64,000 bases of DNA, taken from the NCBI RefSeq assembly GCF_006345805.1, contig NC_042997.1, positions 207,948,001 through 208,012,000 of the forward strand, written 5' to 3'. Position numbers and translations under genes: made by a program. Shown piece after piece: positions 1 to 12,822 of the stretch (positions are counted from its first letter, which is position 1; each line of letters begins with the position of its first letter). The DNA comes from Octopus sinensis. Its lineage: Eukaryota. The notes under the pieces are model-generated. The model saw nothing but the letters and a program-made list of their open reading frames with translations. It was not told the origin of the DNA and made no database searches.

Positions 1-69
1 GGAAATTAGCTTCTCATCCACACTTGGATCTAAAAAGAAACATTAACTATAAAAAATGGTATTACTAAC

Positions 70-1471
70 CTTTCTGCACAATGGCTGCTGCAACCCCACC
101 CCTGTGTTCCAGTCTGCCATTTGCAGCATTAACAATAGCATCTGTGTCCAGAGTCGTGATGTCACCTTCCTTCAACACTATTTCACAGTTCTTATACTTA
201 ACATTAACTACTTCATCTGTTTCACTTCCTAAATCTGAATTTAATGATATTATGCTCTCAGATTGCTTCTGCATTTCACATAAGAAATTCTTTCCTTCTT
301 CACTTTCCAGAAATTCTTGAAATCCAAACATTTCAAAGTTTTCTTCTTTTGAGCTGATATCTTTTCTTAAGTTTTCTATAAATGTTTCCATTTTCCTAAT
401 TTGATTTTGTGTTCCTTCCAGGTGTAACTTATTATCTTTGAGACACACATTCTTAATTTTATGTTTCCCACTAAAGTCATTGATTTCCTGATCTTTGAAC
501 TCTTTAAGAAAGAGGAAATGTGCAAGATTCATCGATATATAAGATTCATAAATTAAAGATTGCTTAAAGTTATCAATTTTGGTTTTTATATCATTAACTA
601 CAGCATCAACAGCAACAATAGAATCTTCTCCAAAAAAACAGAAATCTGGAAACTCTTCTTTTAGACTTTCAAAATATGTCAGCCACTTTCCATGATTTGG
701 AGTATCCTTAATTTTGTCTACAAAATCCAGTGTATTGGCAACAAAAGTTTCTTTCATGATTTCTTCCAAAAGTGAAAGATGTGTTTTATCACTTGCATAA
801 AGTATTACTGAATCACCATCACCCGTTTCCCATGAACCGATACATTTTTTTCTCAGTTTTCATCAAGATATTCTTTCACTGATTTTTTATTTATGATCAT
901 TCCAGTATTTAAAGGCAAACACAATTCAGATTTTACAATTGACCGAAGAATTTCATACATATTCTTTTGACAATTAGTTACTTTGGAATACTGGCCTTCA
1001 AAATAACTTTGTTACTTTCAGCTGTGACTTTTAGACCTTCAAATTGTCTTTCTGCATCCGCAAAAAATTCGAGACCAGACAGAATACGTCTTTCGTGAAT
1101 ATTTAACTCATCCTCACGTTCCATTCTAAGATTATCCAAAATTTCATCTGGAACATCAATAATTTCAATAGTAATGGAATTTAATAAATCTTTCAAACAC
1201 CGTTCAATTTCCTCAAAATTTTCTTCAGAATATTTTAATTTCAGTTTATTAAACTTGGAATCTTTCCAAATTACTTCAGCCCATCTCTTTAATTGGTCAT
1301 TAACTATGATTTTATGTTTCTTTAAGAAAGTCAGATGGAACTGGGAAGGTAGTAAATAGTCATGGACTTGCTGGCTTGAAATGGTATTTTCTTCAAATGG
1401 TTCCCAGAACGGTTGAACATCTAACTCCACATCTTCCAATTGATGTCGTCTTCTACAAACGTCCAGCACAA
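70..1471 (-). CDS. Large internal exon of a PARP14/15-like macro-PARP (N-terminal region into macrodomain 1); two apparent 1-nt frameshifts
   Basis: Ends in the macrodomain start IVLKEGDITTLDTDAIVNAANGRLEHRGGVAAAIVQKG. Acceptor is a polypyrimidine tract + ttag| at 1472; donor AAAG|gttagt at 69. ORFs 978-1469 and 65-769 join into one frame if one base is added to the homopolymers near 1010 (VI-FEGQYSKV) and near 860 (DE-KLRKKC). Confidence 0.85.
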
Positions 1472-2593
1472 CTAAATTATGAAAAAGTAAAAAGATAAAA
1501 TCATTTCGTTAGTGAGGGATTAGGGGTGAGCTGGGGAGTTCAGTGGGTAAAGAGAGAAAAATATTAGGAGACAAAGTTATGTTATTATTATAATACATTA
1601 GCAAACAGGAAAATAAAATCAACATTTAACTGATACTAAGAAAACACTATCTCTATTAATTATAATAAATACTAGAAACATCACTGGAATTTTGGCTTCA
1701 AATTTTGGCACAAGGCCAGATATTTCAGGAGAGTGGCTAAGTCAATTACATCAACCCTAGTGCTCAACTGGTACTTATTTTATTGACCATAAACATCACT
1801 GGAATTTTGGTTTCGAATTTTGGCACAAGGCCAGCAATTTCAGGAGAGTGTCTAAGTCAATTACATCACCCCAGTGCTCAACTGGTACTTATTTTATTGA
1901 CCATAAACATCACTGGAATTTTGGTTTCAAATTTTGGCACAAGGCCAGCAATTTCAGGAGAGTGTCTAAGTCAATTACATCAACCCCAGTGCTCAACTGG
2001 TACTTATTTTATTGACCATAAACATCACTGGAATTTTGGTTTCAAATTTTGGCACAAGGCCAGCAATTTCAGGAGAGTGTCTAAGTCAATTACATCAACC
2101 CCAGTGCTCAACTGGTACTTATTTTATTGACCATAAACATCACTGGAATTTTGGTTTCAAATTTTGGCACAAGGCCAGCAATTTCAGGAGAGTGTCTAAG
2201 TCAATTACATCAACCCCAGTGCTCAACTGGTACTTATTTTATTGACCATAAACATCACTGGAATTTTGGTTTCAAATTTTGGCACAAGGCCAGCAATTTC
2301 AGGAGAGTGTCTAAGTCAATTACATCAACCCCAGTGCTCAACTGGTACTTATTTTATTGACCATAAACATCACTGGAATTTTGGTTTCAAATTTTGGCAC
2401 AAGGCCAGCAATTTCAGGAGAGTGTCTAAGTCAATTACATCAACCCCAGTGCTCAACTGGTACTTATTTTATTGACCATAAACATCACTGGAATTTTGGT
2501 TTCAAATTTTGGCACAAGGCCAGCAATTTCAGGAGTGTGGCTAAGTCAATTACATCAACCCCAGTGCTTAACTGGTACTTATTTTATTGACCA

Positions 2594-2736
2594 CTAGCAG
2601 CATAGCCCAGCGTTGCCCGAATATGTGTGTGTCAAGTTTCATCAGAATCGGTTGAAAGCCGTGGCCAGGGTGAGGGTACAACCTGACAGATACACAGACA
2701 CACAGACAGACAAACTGCCGTTTATATATAGAGAGA
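2594..2736 (-). mobile_element. 143-bp non-autonomous Helitron
   Basis: Minus strand begins TCTCTCTATATAT and ends ...GGGCAACGCTGGGCTATGCTGCTAG. Inserted between A and T (gttta|...|tggtc) with no TSD. Both ends match the element at 2835-3799. Confidence 0.85.
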
Positions 2737-2834
2737 TAAACATCACTGGAATTTTGGTTTCAAATTTTGGCACAAGATTGGCCAAGTCAATTACATCAAC
2801 CCCAGTGCTCAACTGGTACTTATTTTATTGACCA

Positions 2835-3799
2835 CTAGCAGCATAGCCCAGCGTTGCCCGAATATGTAAGAGCCCCTAGTAGGCAACGACTAATCCCAAT
2901 CTAGTCCTTTCCCTCTAGGGAACGAAGGTGCATGTGTAGGTTGCAATGTCTTCTCTTCACTCGAATACTTCTGTGTATACGGTGTTCCTAGCTGTCCCTT
3001 TGGGCGGAAACATGAAAACATCATTGTGCCTCCCAACGCGTGAACAGCCCACATAGAGTTGACTGTGGGTGAAGCACTGTTCACCCAACTGTAACCCAGC
3101 GACTTGTAGCGTTTGGCCTTGGGATTTATTGATGGACATTGCGAAGCAGAGTTTAACAGGAAACTGAAGTGGATTGGTCGGTCATAGCAGAGTTTAACAG
3201 GAAACTGAAGTGGATTGGTCGGTCATAGCCCGACGGTTGAAGGTGCATGCGTGGAATGAAGACGTCCTCTCCCTTCCCACAACGGGTAAGTATTGTGGCC
3301 GTCATTAAATGTTGTGGCAAATGTTTCACAACCAGACGTGTGCCATTGCACTGTTTAGGTGGAACCAAATTCCTGATGAGCATAATGGGCGCACCGACTT
3401 TTAACTTCAGGATGTGTGGCGGCAGGCCTGGCGGTTCAAGTGAATTCAGGAATTCAACAGGATAATCAGCAAGCTCGGCGGGGTCTGCTGTCCTATCAAT
3501 AGATTTGTAGACGTGGACATCACCAGGAATAGCTTCAAGTAGCTGGATATTGATGAAGTTGAGAGTTAAAAAGGTCGAGTTGCGTCCCCTAGACAGTCTG
3601 TGGTTTGTGTTTCTGATTCTCGACCCCATGTCGAATTTATCAATTTTTTTCAGAAATGGAGGAACTTTTCAAAATTTTCGCTGCGTTAGTTTTGAATTAT
3701 TACATCAGAATCGGTTGAAAGCCGTGGTCAGGGTGAGGGTACAACCTGACAGATACACAGACACACACACAGACAAACTGCCGTTTATATAGAGAGAGA
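2835..3799 (-). mobile_element. 965-bp internally deleted Helitron carrying Pif1-family helicase C-terminal fragments
   Basis: 5' TC and 3' CTAG ends, A|T target. Encodes LNSLEPPGLPPHILKLKVGAPIMLIRNL..CNGTRL and MSINKSQGQTL..CFTHSQLYVGCSRV. A 41-bp tandem duplication (~3145-3228) breaks the frame. Confidence 0.9.
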
Positions 3800-3880
3800 T
3801 AAACATCACTGGAATTTTGGTTTCAAATTTTGGCACAAGGCCAGCAATTTCAGGAGAGTGGCTAGGTCAATTACATCAAC

Positions 3881-6800
3881 TGAGATCTGCGAGAAGGGCT
3901 CCTCATCAGGATGATGGTCCTACCAACGGTCATCTCAATGAGCAGTTGCTGTTGCTCAAACAAGAGGTTGAGCACCTAAAGTCTGTTGTTGCTCATTTAC
4001 TGAATAAACAGTCTCCTATTGACGCAGAGCCACCCTTGATTTCTTCCCTGGAGACGTCCAAACCGAAGGGAACAAAATCGAAGCAGCCAAAGAAGGCGAA
4101 GGAACCGGCGGTCGTTTCTGCACATGATCGTTCCTGTGCGGATTCTTCCTCATCTGCCATTTCGGTCCCGGAGGTTCCCCAACCTAATTTGAGGAGCGTA
4201 GACTCAAACCCACCTGAACACCGTTGTTCTCCCCAAAAGAAGAAACGTAGTCAAAACTCCAGTGGGGCAGATTTAGCTATGAAACCTGATCACGATAAAA
4301 TCTGTTTGGATTCTCCCTCACTTGTCCTTCCCATTAATGCCATTGCTCAACCAATTCTGAACGATCTCGAGGTGAGTTCATCTGCGGAGTGGTGCTCCCC
4401 CAAACCGAAGAAGAGGCAGTGCAGTTCCAAACCAGGTGGGGAAGTTATGACCACTAAACCCATTCCGATCGAACCCACAGGCCGACACAAGCCTGATGGC
4501 TATGAAACCACCCTTTCGAAATCATCCAACGAAGAATCGAATACCGCAGCTCATAGCAGAGAACATTTTGTCCACTCAAGATCAGCAATCATTTATGGTA
4601 AAGCTGAATCCACCTGTGATACAGACATAAACCGCCTAAAAGAAGACATTAATTTTGTTTCCATTTTAGTTGGAGAATTGTTCTCTGTCAACGAGAATGT
4701 CAGTATCCATAAGGTCGCTCGGCTAGGAAGATTCCAAGCGAACTTAACCTCAGATACTAGACCACGCCCAATAAGGGTAATCTTTTCTTCCGATCAGGAG
4801 GCTTCAACCTTTCTGAACAGAGCTCAGACGCATGCCTGGGAGGATGCCAATATGGGTTTTCGCGAGGAATACTCACTGAGAGAGAGAACTCGCCGGAGAA
4901 ACCTAATATTCGAACTGAAGATGAGAAAACAGATGGGAGAGAAGGGCTTATGCATCCAAGATGGACAAATAATCAAGTCCTACCTCTGGTCGCATGCTGT
5001 AGTGCTGACAAGGAAAGTGAATTGAGGGCGAATCGAAGTAAAGTAGATACCCCCGTCAACGATACTATCTCTGATACCCCTTATTCTGCTTGTTCCCCTG
5101 CTCCCGCCCCTCAAACTTTACAGCTCAGCATCGTCTATACCAACTCGTGCTCCTTATTTCCAAAGTTCAGCGAATTATTTACACTGGCCATACGTGACTC
5201 CCCTGATGTGATAGCTATCACCGAGACTTGGCTGACTCCAGCTGTAAAGGGCTCAGAAATCCACCTACAGGGCTACGTCCTCTTCAGATGTGACAGAGAA
5301 AAAAGGCGAAGTGGAGGTGTTGCTGTGTATGTTAAATCTGATCTCAAACCGTCCAGCGGTATTCTACCCACTAATGCTCAACCTACAACAAAATTCGATG
5401 CCGTCTATTGCAAGCTGAGCCTATCCGGGTTTTGCCTGCCCGTGTTAGCTGTCTACAGGCCGCCTCTCGCCGACCCCCAGGACGATGCTCATTTACTCGA
5501 AGCGATAAGATTCGTTTCAGTTTCGCATGACTGTTTGATACTAGGAGACTTCAACGCTCCCATGATCGATTGGCCCGCATCAATTTGTACACCATCTTCC
5601 CGGTTCGGCCAGGCCTTTCTTGACATGGCTGAAGATTGTTTTCTATCGCAACATGTTGAATATCCGACAAGGCATCGGTCTGGGCAGCAGCCATCTATGC
5701 TGGATCTGGTATTCTCCCGCTATCCAAGATCAGTGTCAGGCGTATCTGTGTGCGCCCCTCTTGCCAAGAGTGATCATGCGGTCCTGAAGTTCGTCATGCA
5801 CACAACTTTTTCTACACCCACGACTACTTCGCTGCCACGTAGAGTCTTCTCTGCAATTAATCTTGAAATTCTAACCGAGGCTTCCGCGCTTCTGGACTGG
5901 CAATCCCTGATGATGGTGTCCTCAGTTGACGAACTATGGTCGTCCCTCAAAGCATATGTAATCTGGTTGACTGACCAAGCAGTTCCCGTTGGGTTTCCCA
6001 AGAAGAAGAAACACAAGCCCTGGGTGACGAAGAAGGCTAAACGAGAACTTCTACTCAGAGATATTGCTTGGGCTGAATTCAAAAATCTGGATTCGACAGC
6101 AGCTTTTGAGGTGTACAAAACTCAACGAGACCGAGCTGTGAAAATTGAAAAGGGTGAACGCTTCAGTTATGAATACAAAATCGCGGCAAATGCTAGTAAC
6201 AATCCAAAAACCTTCTTTGCCCATGTCCAACGGAATTCCCGCTTGAACAACCAAATTGCAACGTTGGTAGACTCAACAGGCGTATCGATTGAGGACGCTT
6301 ATCAACAGAGTCAATTATTTGCTGAGGCTTTTTCAACTATTTTCAAACAAGACGATGGTCGTGAACCCCCTCCATTTGTTAGATCAGTACCTCCAATGCT
6401 TCGATTGGTCATCAAGCGGGACGAAGTCAAATGTGTTATTCAAGGCCTCGATGTCAACAAGGGTCACATCCCCGACGGCATACACCCATGTGTTATCAAA
6501 GCGTTGGCTCCGGTCATCTGCGAGCCCTTAACACGCCTATTCATATGTCATTGGCGACGGGTGTTATACCTGCGGACTGGAGAACAGCGATAATATGCCC
6601 AATTTTCAAGAAAGGGAGCCGCGAAGACCCGCTTAACTACCGACCGGTTCCCTTACATCAATAATCAGCAAGATGTTCGAAACCATCCTAAGAAAGTATG
6701 ATGCTCCACCTCCAAAACACAGCCTCTATCTCTGATTCCCAACACGGCTTCGTGCCGAAGAGATCATGCTTGACAACTTACTGGTAATGGAAGAATTGGT

Positions 6801-7990
6801 GACACGCATCCTCGATGATAGTGATGCTGTTGACATCGTTTTATTGGACTTTGCCAAAGCTTTTGACTCGGTAAACCACCGCCTATTACTTGTCAAGCTT
6901 CAAGCATATAGTTTCCATCCGGATATTGTACGATGGGTTGGTGCCTTCCTCTCAGATCGCTCCTTCCAAGTCCAAGTTAATGGTTCACGGTCCGACATCT
7001 CCAGTGCGAGCAGTGGCATGCCTCAAGGTTCAGTGCTTGGGCCCTTATTGTTCTTAGTCTTCATAAATGACTTGCCCGACGACCTCACGCAACACACCCT
7101 TCTATTTGCAGATGATGTCAAACTGGTCGCTCCTCGTGGTGATATAGAGGATCTTCGTCGATGCCTCCACCAAATTTGGAGGTGGTCTAACGAATGGGAC
7201 CGGTGTCTGAACGTGTCAAAGTGCTGTCATCTGCCTGTTGGCTCTCCTCCTGCAACTCAACTTGATTTCGAGCCGGGTCGTCTGCTGCTGGAGAGGACCG
7301 ATCAGGTAAAGGACCTCGGTATCTTGGTGGATTCCTCCTTTTCGCCTTTGGCCCAGTGCATCCATGCTGCCAACAAAGCACACAGAGTTCTGTTCTTGAT
7401 TTGACGGTCATTTGGAATGCTCACAGCAGCCATATTCCTACCGCTCTATGTCACGCTGGTGAGACCCATATTGGAGTACGGGATTCAAGCCTCTTCTCCT
7501 TATCTCCTCAAAGACATACAGCATCTCGAAAGAGTCCAGAAGCTGGCTACCCGCATGGTTCATGGTCTCAAAAATTTGTCTTATGAAGAAAGGCTGAGGA
7601 CGCTTGACCTTTATTCTCTAGAAAAATGCCGCCGCCGTGGTGATCTCATTCTCGCTCACAACATCATAAGTGGAAAGTGTAACCTCTCGAAAGAGCTGTT
7701 CTTCACTCCTGCTCCAGAGCGTTGGCTGCGGGGTCATTCCGAAAAGCTCTACCTGCGACGATTTCATCTCAATAGAAGGAGAGGAGCTTTCTCCGTCCGG
7801 GTTGCGGATCCGTGGAACAAGCTGCCAGACGAGATGGTGAAGATGCCGACGACCGGTTTGTTCAAAGTCTCCCTTGACCTCAAGTAGCCTGAACTCTTTT
7901 CATGAACACCACCCTGTACTTAACTCCATGTCCCCCTACAGGGCCTTGCTTTTTGCTTTTTGAGCCAAACAATTAACTAACTAACTAACT
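3881..7990 (+). mobile_element. CR1/L2-group LINE, near full length, with (ACTA)n tail, inserted in the 115-bp satellite
   Basis: ORF1 C-terminus with RRM-like IIYG..RLG..RPIRVIF, ending 5025. APE motifs from ~5130 (VIAITETWL, GDFN, SDH). RT motifs LDFAKAFDSV, PQGSVLGP, FADD. Flanks reconstitute tacatcaac|cccagtg. Frameshifts near 6540, 6655, 6690 and 6772; stops at 7402 and 7885. Confidence 0.92.
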
Positions 7991-10900
7991 AACCCCAGTG
8001 CTCAACTGGTACTTATTTTATTGACCATAAACATCACTGGAATTTTAACTTTCAAATTTTGGCACAAGGCCAGCAATTTCAGGAGAGTGTCTAAGACAAT
8101 TACATCAACCCCAGTGCTCAACTGGTACTTATTTTATTGACCATAAACATCACTGGAATTTTGGTTTCAAATTTTGGCACAAGGCCAGCAATTTCAGGAG
8201 AGAGCCTAAGTCAATTACATCAACCCCACTGATCAACTGGTACTTATTTTATTGACCATAAACATCACTGGAATTTTGGTTTCAAATTTTGGCACAAGGC
8301 CAGCAATTTCAGGAGAGTGTCTAAGTCAATTACATCAACTCCAGTGCTCAACTGGTACTTATTTTATTGACCATAAACATCACTGGAATTTTGGTTTCAA
8401 ATTTTGGCACAAGGCCAGCAATTTCAGGAGAGAGCCTAAGTCAATTACATCAACCCCAGTGCTCAACTGGTACTTATTTTATTGACCATAAACATCACTG
8501 GAATTTTGGTTTCAAATTTTGGCACAAGGCCAGCAATTTCAGGAGAGTGTCTAAGTCAATTACATCAACCCCAGTGCTCAACTGGTACTTATTTTATTGA
8601 CCATAAACATCACTGGAACTTTGGTTTCAAATTTTGGCACAAGGCCAGCAATTTCAGGTGTGTGTCTAAGTCAATTACATCAACCCCAGTGCTCAACTGG
8701 TACTTATTTTATTGACCATAAACATCACTGGAACTTTGGTTTCAAATTTTGGCACAAGGCCAGCAATTTCAGGAGAGTGTCTAAGTCAATTACATCAACC
8801 CCAGTGCTCAACTGGTACTTATTTTATTGACCATAAACATCACTGGAACTTTGGTTTCAAATTTTGGCACAAGGCCAGCAATTTCAGGTGTGTGTCTAAG
8901 TCAATTACATCAACCCCAGTGCTCAACTGGTACTTATTTTATTGACCATAAACATCACTGGAACTTTGGTTTCAAATTTTGGCACAAGGCCAGCAATTTC
9001 AGGAGAGTGTCTAAGTCAATTACATCAACCCCAGTGCTCAACTGGTACTTATTTTATTGACCATAAACATCACTGGAATTTTGGTTTCAAATTTTGGCAC
9101 AAGGCCAGCAATTTCAGGAGAGTGTCTAAGTCAATTACATCAACCCCAGTGCTCAACTGGTACTTATTTTATTGACCATAAACATCACTGGAATTTTGGT
9201 TTCAAATTTTGGCACAAGGCCAGCAATTTCAGGAGAGAGCCTAAGTCAATTACATTAACCCCAGTGATCAACTGGTACTTATTTTATTGACCATAAACAT
9301 CGCTGGAATTTTAGTTTCAAATTTTGGCACAAGGCCAGCAATTTCAGGAGAGTGGCAAAGTCAATTACATCAACCCCAGTGCTCAACTGGTACTTATTTT
9401 ATTGACCATAAACATCGCTGGAATTTTAGTTTCAAATTTTGGCACAAGGCCAGCAATTTCAGGAGAGAGCCTAAGTCAATTACATCAACCCCAGTGCTCA
9501 ACTGGTACTTATTTTATTGACCATAAACATCGCTGGAATTTTAGTTTCAAATTTTGGCACAAGGCCAGCAATTTCAGGAGAGAGCCTAAGTCAATTACAT
9601 CAACCCCAGTGCTCAACTGGTACTTATTTTATTGACCATAAACATCACTGGAATTTTGGTTTCAAATTTTGGCACAAGGCCAGCAATTTCAGGAGAGAGG
9701 CTAAGACAATTACATCAACCCCAGTGCTCAACTGGTACTTATTTTATTGACCATAAACATCACTGGAATTTTGGTTTCAAATTTTGGCACAAGGCCAGCA
9801 ATTTCAGGAGAGTGTCTAAGTCAATTACATCAACCCCAGTGCTCAACTGGTACTTATTTTATTGACCATAAACATCACTGCTATTTTGGTTTCAAATTTT
9901 GGCACAAGGCCAGCAATTTCAGGAGAGTGTCTAAGTCAATTACATCAACCCCAGTGCTCAACTGGTACTTATTTTATTGACCATAAACATCACTGGAATT
10001 ATGGTTTCAAATTTTGGCACAAGGCCAGCAATTTCAGGAGAGTGTCTAAGTCAATTACATCAACCCCAGTGCTCAACTGGTACTTATTTTATTGACCATA
10101 AACATAACTGGAATTTTGGTTTCAAATTTTGGCACAGGCAGCAATTTCAGGAGCGTGTCTAAGTCAATTACATCAACCCCAGTGCTCAACTGGTACTTAT
10201 TATTGACCATAAACGTCACTGGAATTTTGGTTCAAATTTTGGCACAAGGCCAGCAATTTCAGGAGAGTGTCTAAGTCAATTACATCAACCCCAGTGCTCA
10301 ACTGGTACTTATTTTATTGACCATAAACATCACTGGAATTTTGGTTTCAAATTTTGGCACCAGGCCAGCAATTTCAGGAGAGTGTCTAAGTCAATTACAT
10401 CAACCCAGTGCTCAACTGGTACTTATTTTATTGACCATAAACATCACTGGAATTTTGGTTTCAAATTTTGGCACAAGGCCAGCAATTTCAGGAGAGTGTC
10501 TAAGTCAATTACATCAACCCCAATGCACAACTGGTACTTATTTTATTGACCATAACATCACTGGAATTTTGGTTCAAATTTTGGCACAAGCCAGCAATTT
10601 CAGGAGAGTGTCTAAGTCAATTACATCAACTCCAGTGCTCAACTGGTACTTATTTTATTGACCATAAACATCACTGGAATTTTGGTTTCAAATTTTGGCA
10701 CAAGGCCAGCAATTTCAGGAGAGAGGCTAAGTCAATTACATCAACCCCAGTGATCAACTGGTACTTATTTTATTGACCATAAACATCACTGGAATTTTGC
10801 TTTCAAATTTTGGCACAAGTCCAGCAATTTCAGGAGAATGGCTAAGTCAATTACATCAACCCCAGAGCTCAACTGGTACTTATTTTATTGACCATAAACA

Positions 10901-12545
10901 TCACTGGAATTTTGGTTTCAGATTTTGGCACAAGGCCAGCAATTTCGGGAGACTGTCTAAGTCAATTACATCAACCCCAGTGATCAACTGGTACTTATTT
11001 TATTGACCATAAACATCACTGGAATTTTGGTTTCAAATTTTGGCACAAGGCCAGCAATTTCAGGAGAGTGTCTAAGTCAATTACATCAACCCCAATGCAC
11101 AACTGGTACTTATTTTATTGACCATAAACATCACTGGAATTTTGGTTTCAAATTTTGGCACAAGGACAGCAATTTCAGGAGAGTGTCTAAGTCAATTACA
11201 TCAACCCAAGTGCTCAACTGGTACTTATTTTATTGACCATAAACATCACTGGAATTTTGCTTTCAGATTTTGGCACAAGGCCAGCAATTTCAGGAGAGTG
11301 TCTAAGTCAATTACATCAACCCCAGGGCTCAACTGGTACTTATTTTATTGACCATAAACATCACTGGAACTTTGGTTTCAAATTTTGGCACAAGGCCAGC
11401 AATTTCAGGAGAGTGTCTAAGTCAATTACATCAACCCCAGTGCTCAACTGGTACTTATTTTATTGACCATAAACATCACTGGAATTTTGGTTTCAAATTT
11501 TGGCACAAGGCCAGCAATTTCAGGAGAGTGTCTAAGTCAATTACATCAACCCCAGTGCACAACTGGTACTTATTTTATTGACCATAAACATCACCGGAAT
11601 TTTGGTTTCATATTTTGGCACAAGGCCAGCAATTTCAGGAGAGTGTCTAAGTCAATTATATCTACCCCAGTGCCCCAACTGGTACTTATTTTATTGACCA
11701 TAAACATCACTGGAATTTTGGTTTCAAATTTTGGCACAAGGCCAACAATTTCAGGAGAGTGGCTAAGTCAATTACGTCAACCCCAGTGCTCAACTGGTAT
11801 TAATTTTATTGACCATAAACATCACTGGAATTTTGGTTTCAAATTTTGGCACAACGCCAGCAATTTCAGGAGAGTGTCTAAGTCAATTACATCAACCCCA
11901 GTGCTCAATTGGTACTTATTTTATTGACCATAAACATCACTGGAATTTTGGTTTCAAATTTTGGCACAAGGCCAGCAATTTCAGGAGAGTGACTAAGTCA
12001 ATTACATCAACACCAGTGCTCTGCTGGTACTTATTTTATTGACCATAAACATCACTGGAATTTTGCTTTCAGATTTTGGCACAAGGCCAGCAATTTCAGG
12101 AGAGTGTCTAAGTCAATTACATCAACCCCAGTGCTCAACTGGTACTTATTTTATTGACCATAAACATCACTGGAACTTTGGTTTCAAATTTTGGCACAAG
12201 GCCAGCAATTTCAGGAGAGTGTCTAAGTCAATTACATCAACCCCAGTGCTCAACTGGTACTTATTTTATTGACCATAAACATCACTGGAATTTTGGTTTC
12301 AAATTTTGGCACAAGGCCAGCAATTTCAGGAGAGTGTAAGTCAATTATATCTACCCAGGCCCCAACTGGTACTTATTTATTGACCATAAACATCACTGGA
12401 ATTTGGTTCAAATTTTGGCACAAGGCCAAACATTTCAGGAGAGTGGCTAAGTCAATTACGTCAACCCCAGTGCTCAACTGGTAGTAATTTTATTGACCAT
12501 AAACATCACTGGAATTTTGGTTTCAAATTTTGGCACAACGCCAGC
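7991..12545. repeat. 115-bp satellite, right block (~40 units) running into the gap
   Basis: Same unit as 1676-3880; continuous up to the N run. Confidence 0.97.
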
Positions 12546-12645
12546 NNNNNNNNNNNNNNNNNNNNNNNNNNNNNNNNNNNNNNNNNNNNNNNNNNNNNNN
12601 NNNNNNNNNNNNNNNNNNNNNNNNNNNNNNNNNNNNNNNNNNNNN
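12546..12645. other. Scaffold gap (100 N, probably a placeholder of unknown size)
   Basis: Exactly 100 N. Confidence 0.99.
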
Positions 12646-12822
12646 GAGGGCCATTATGAACAGTAGTTGTCCCAACACAGTGCCCTCGAACACCACTCAC
12701 TATTTGCGTTTTAATGGAAGTGGCCCCATTGCTACTACCACCTGACTTCTATCTTTCAGAAAGTCCTGAATGCCCTTCTCTCAATTTTCCAACTATGCTA
12801 AGATCACGCATTTTGTGACATA

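Larger units (their letters stand above)
1676..3880. repeat. 115-bp satellite, left block (interrupted by two Helitrons)
   Basis: Unit CATAAACATCACTGGAATTTTGGTTTCAAATTTTGGCACAAGGCCAGCAATTTCAGGAGAGTGTCTAAGTCAATTACATCAACCCCAGTGCTCAACTGGTACTTATTTTATTGAC; identical ORF starts recur every 115 bp. Confidence 0.97.

Noticed and set aside
3817-3880. N-terminus of the 402-aa ORF
   Set aside because: Chance in-frame fusion of satellite sequence to LINE ORF1.
1783-12484. Dozens of 77-aa MTINITGILVSNFGTR... ORFs
   Set aside because: Artefact of the 115-bp satellite read through two units; no coding evidence.
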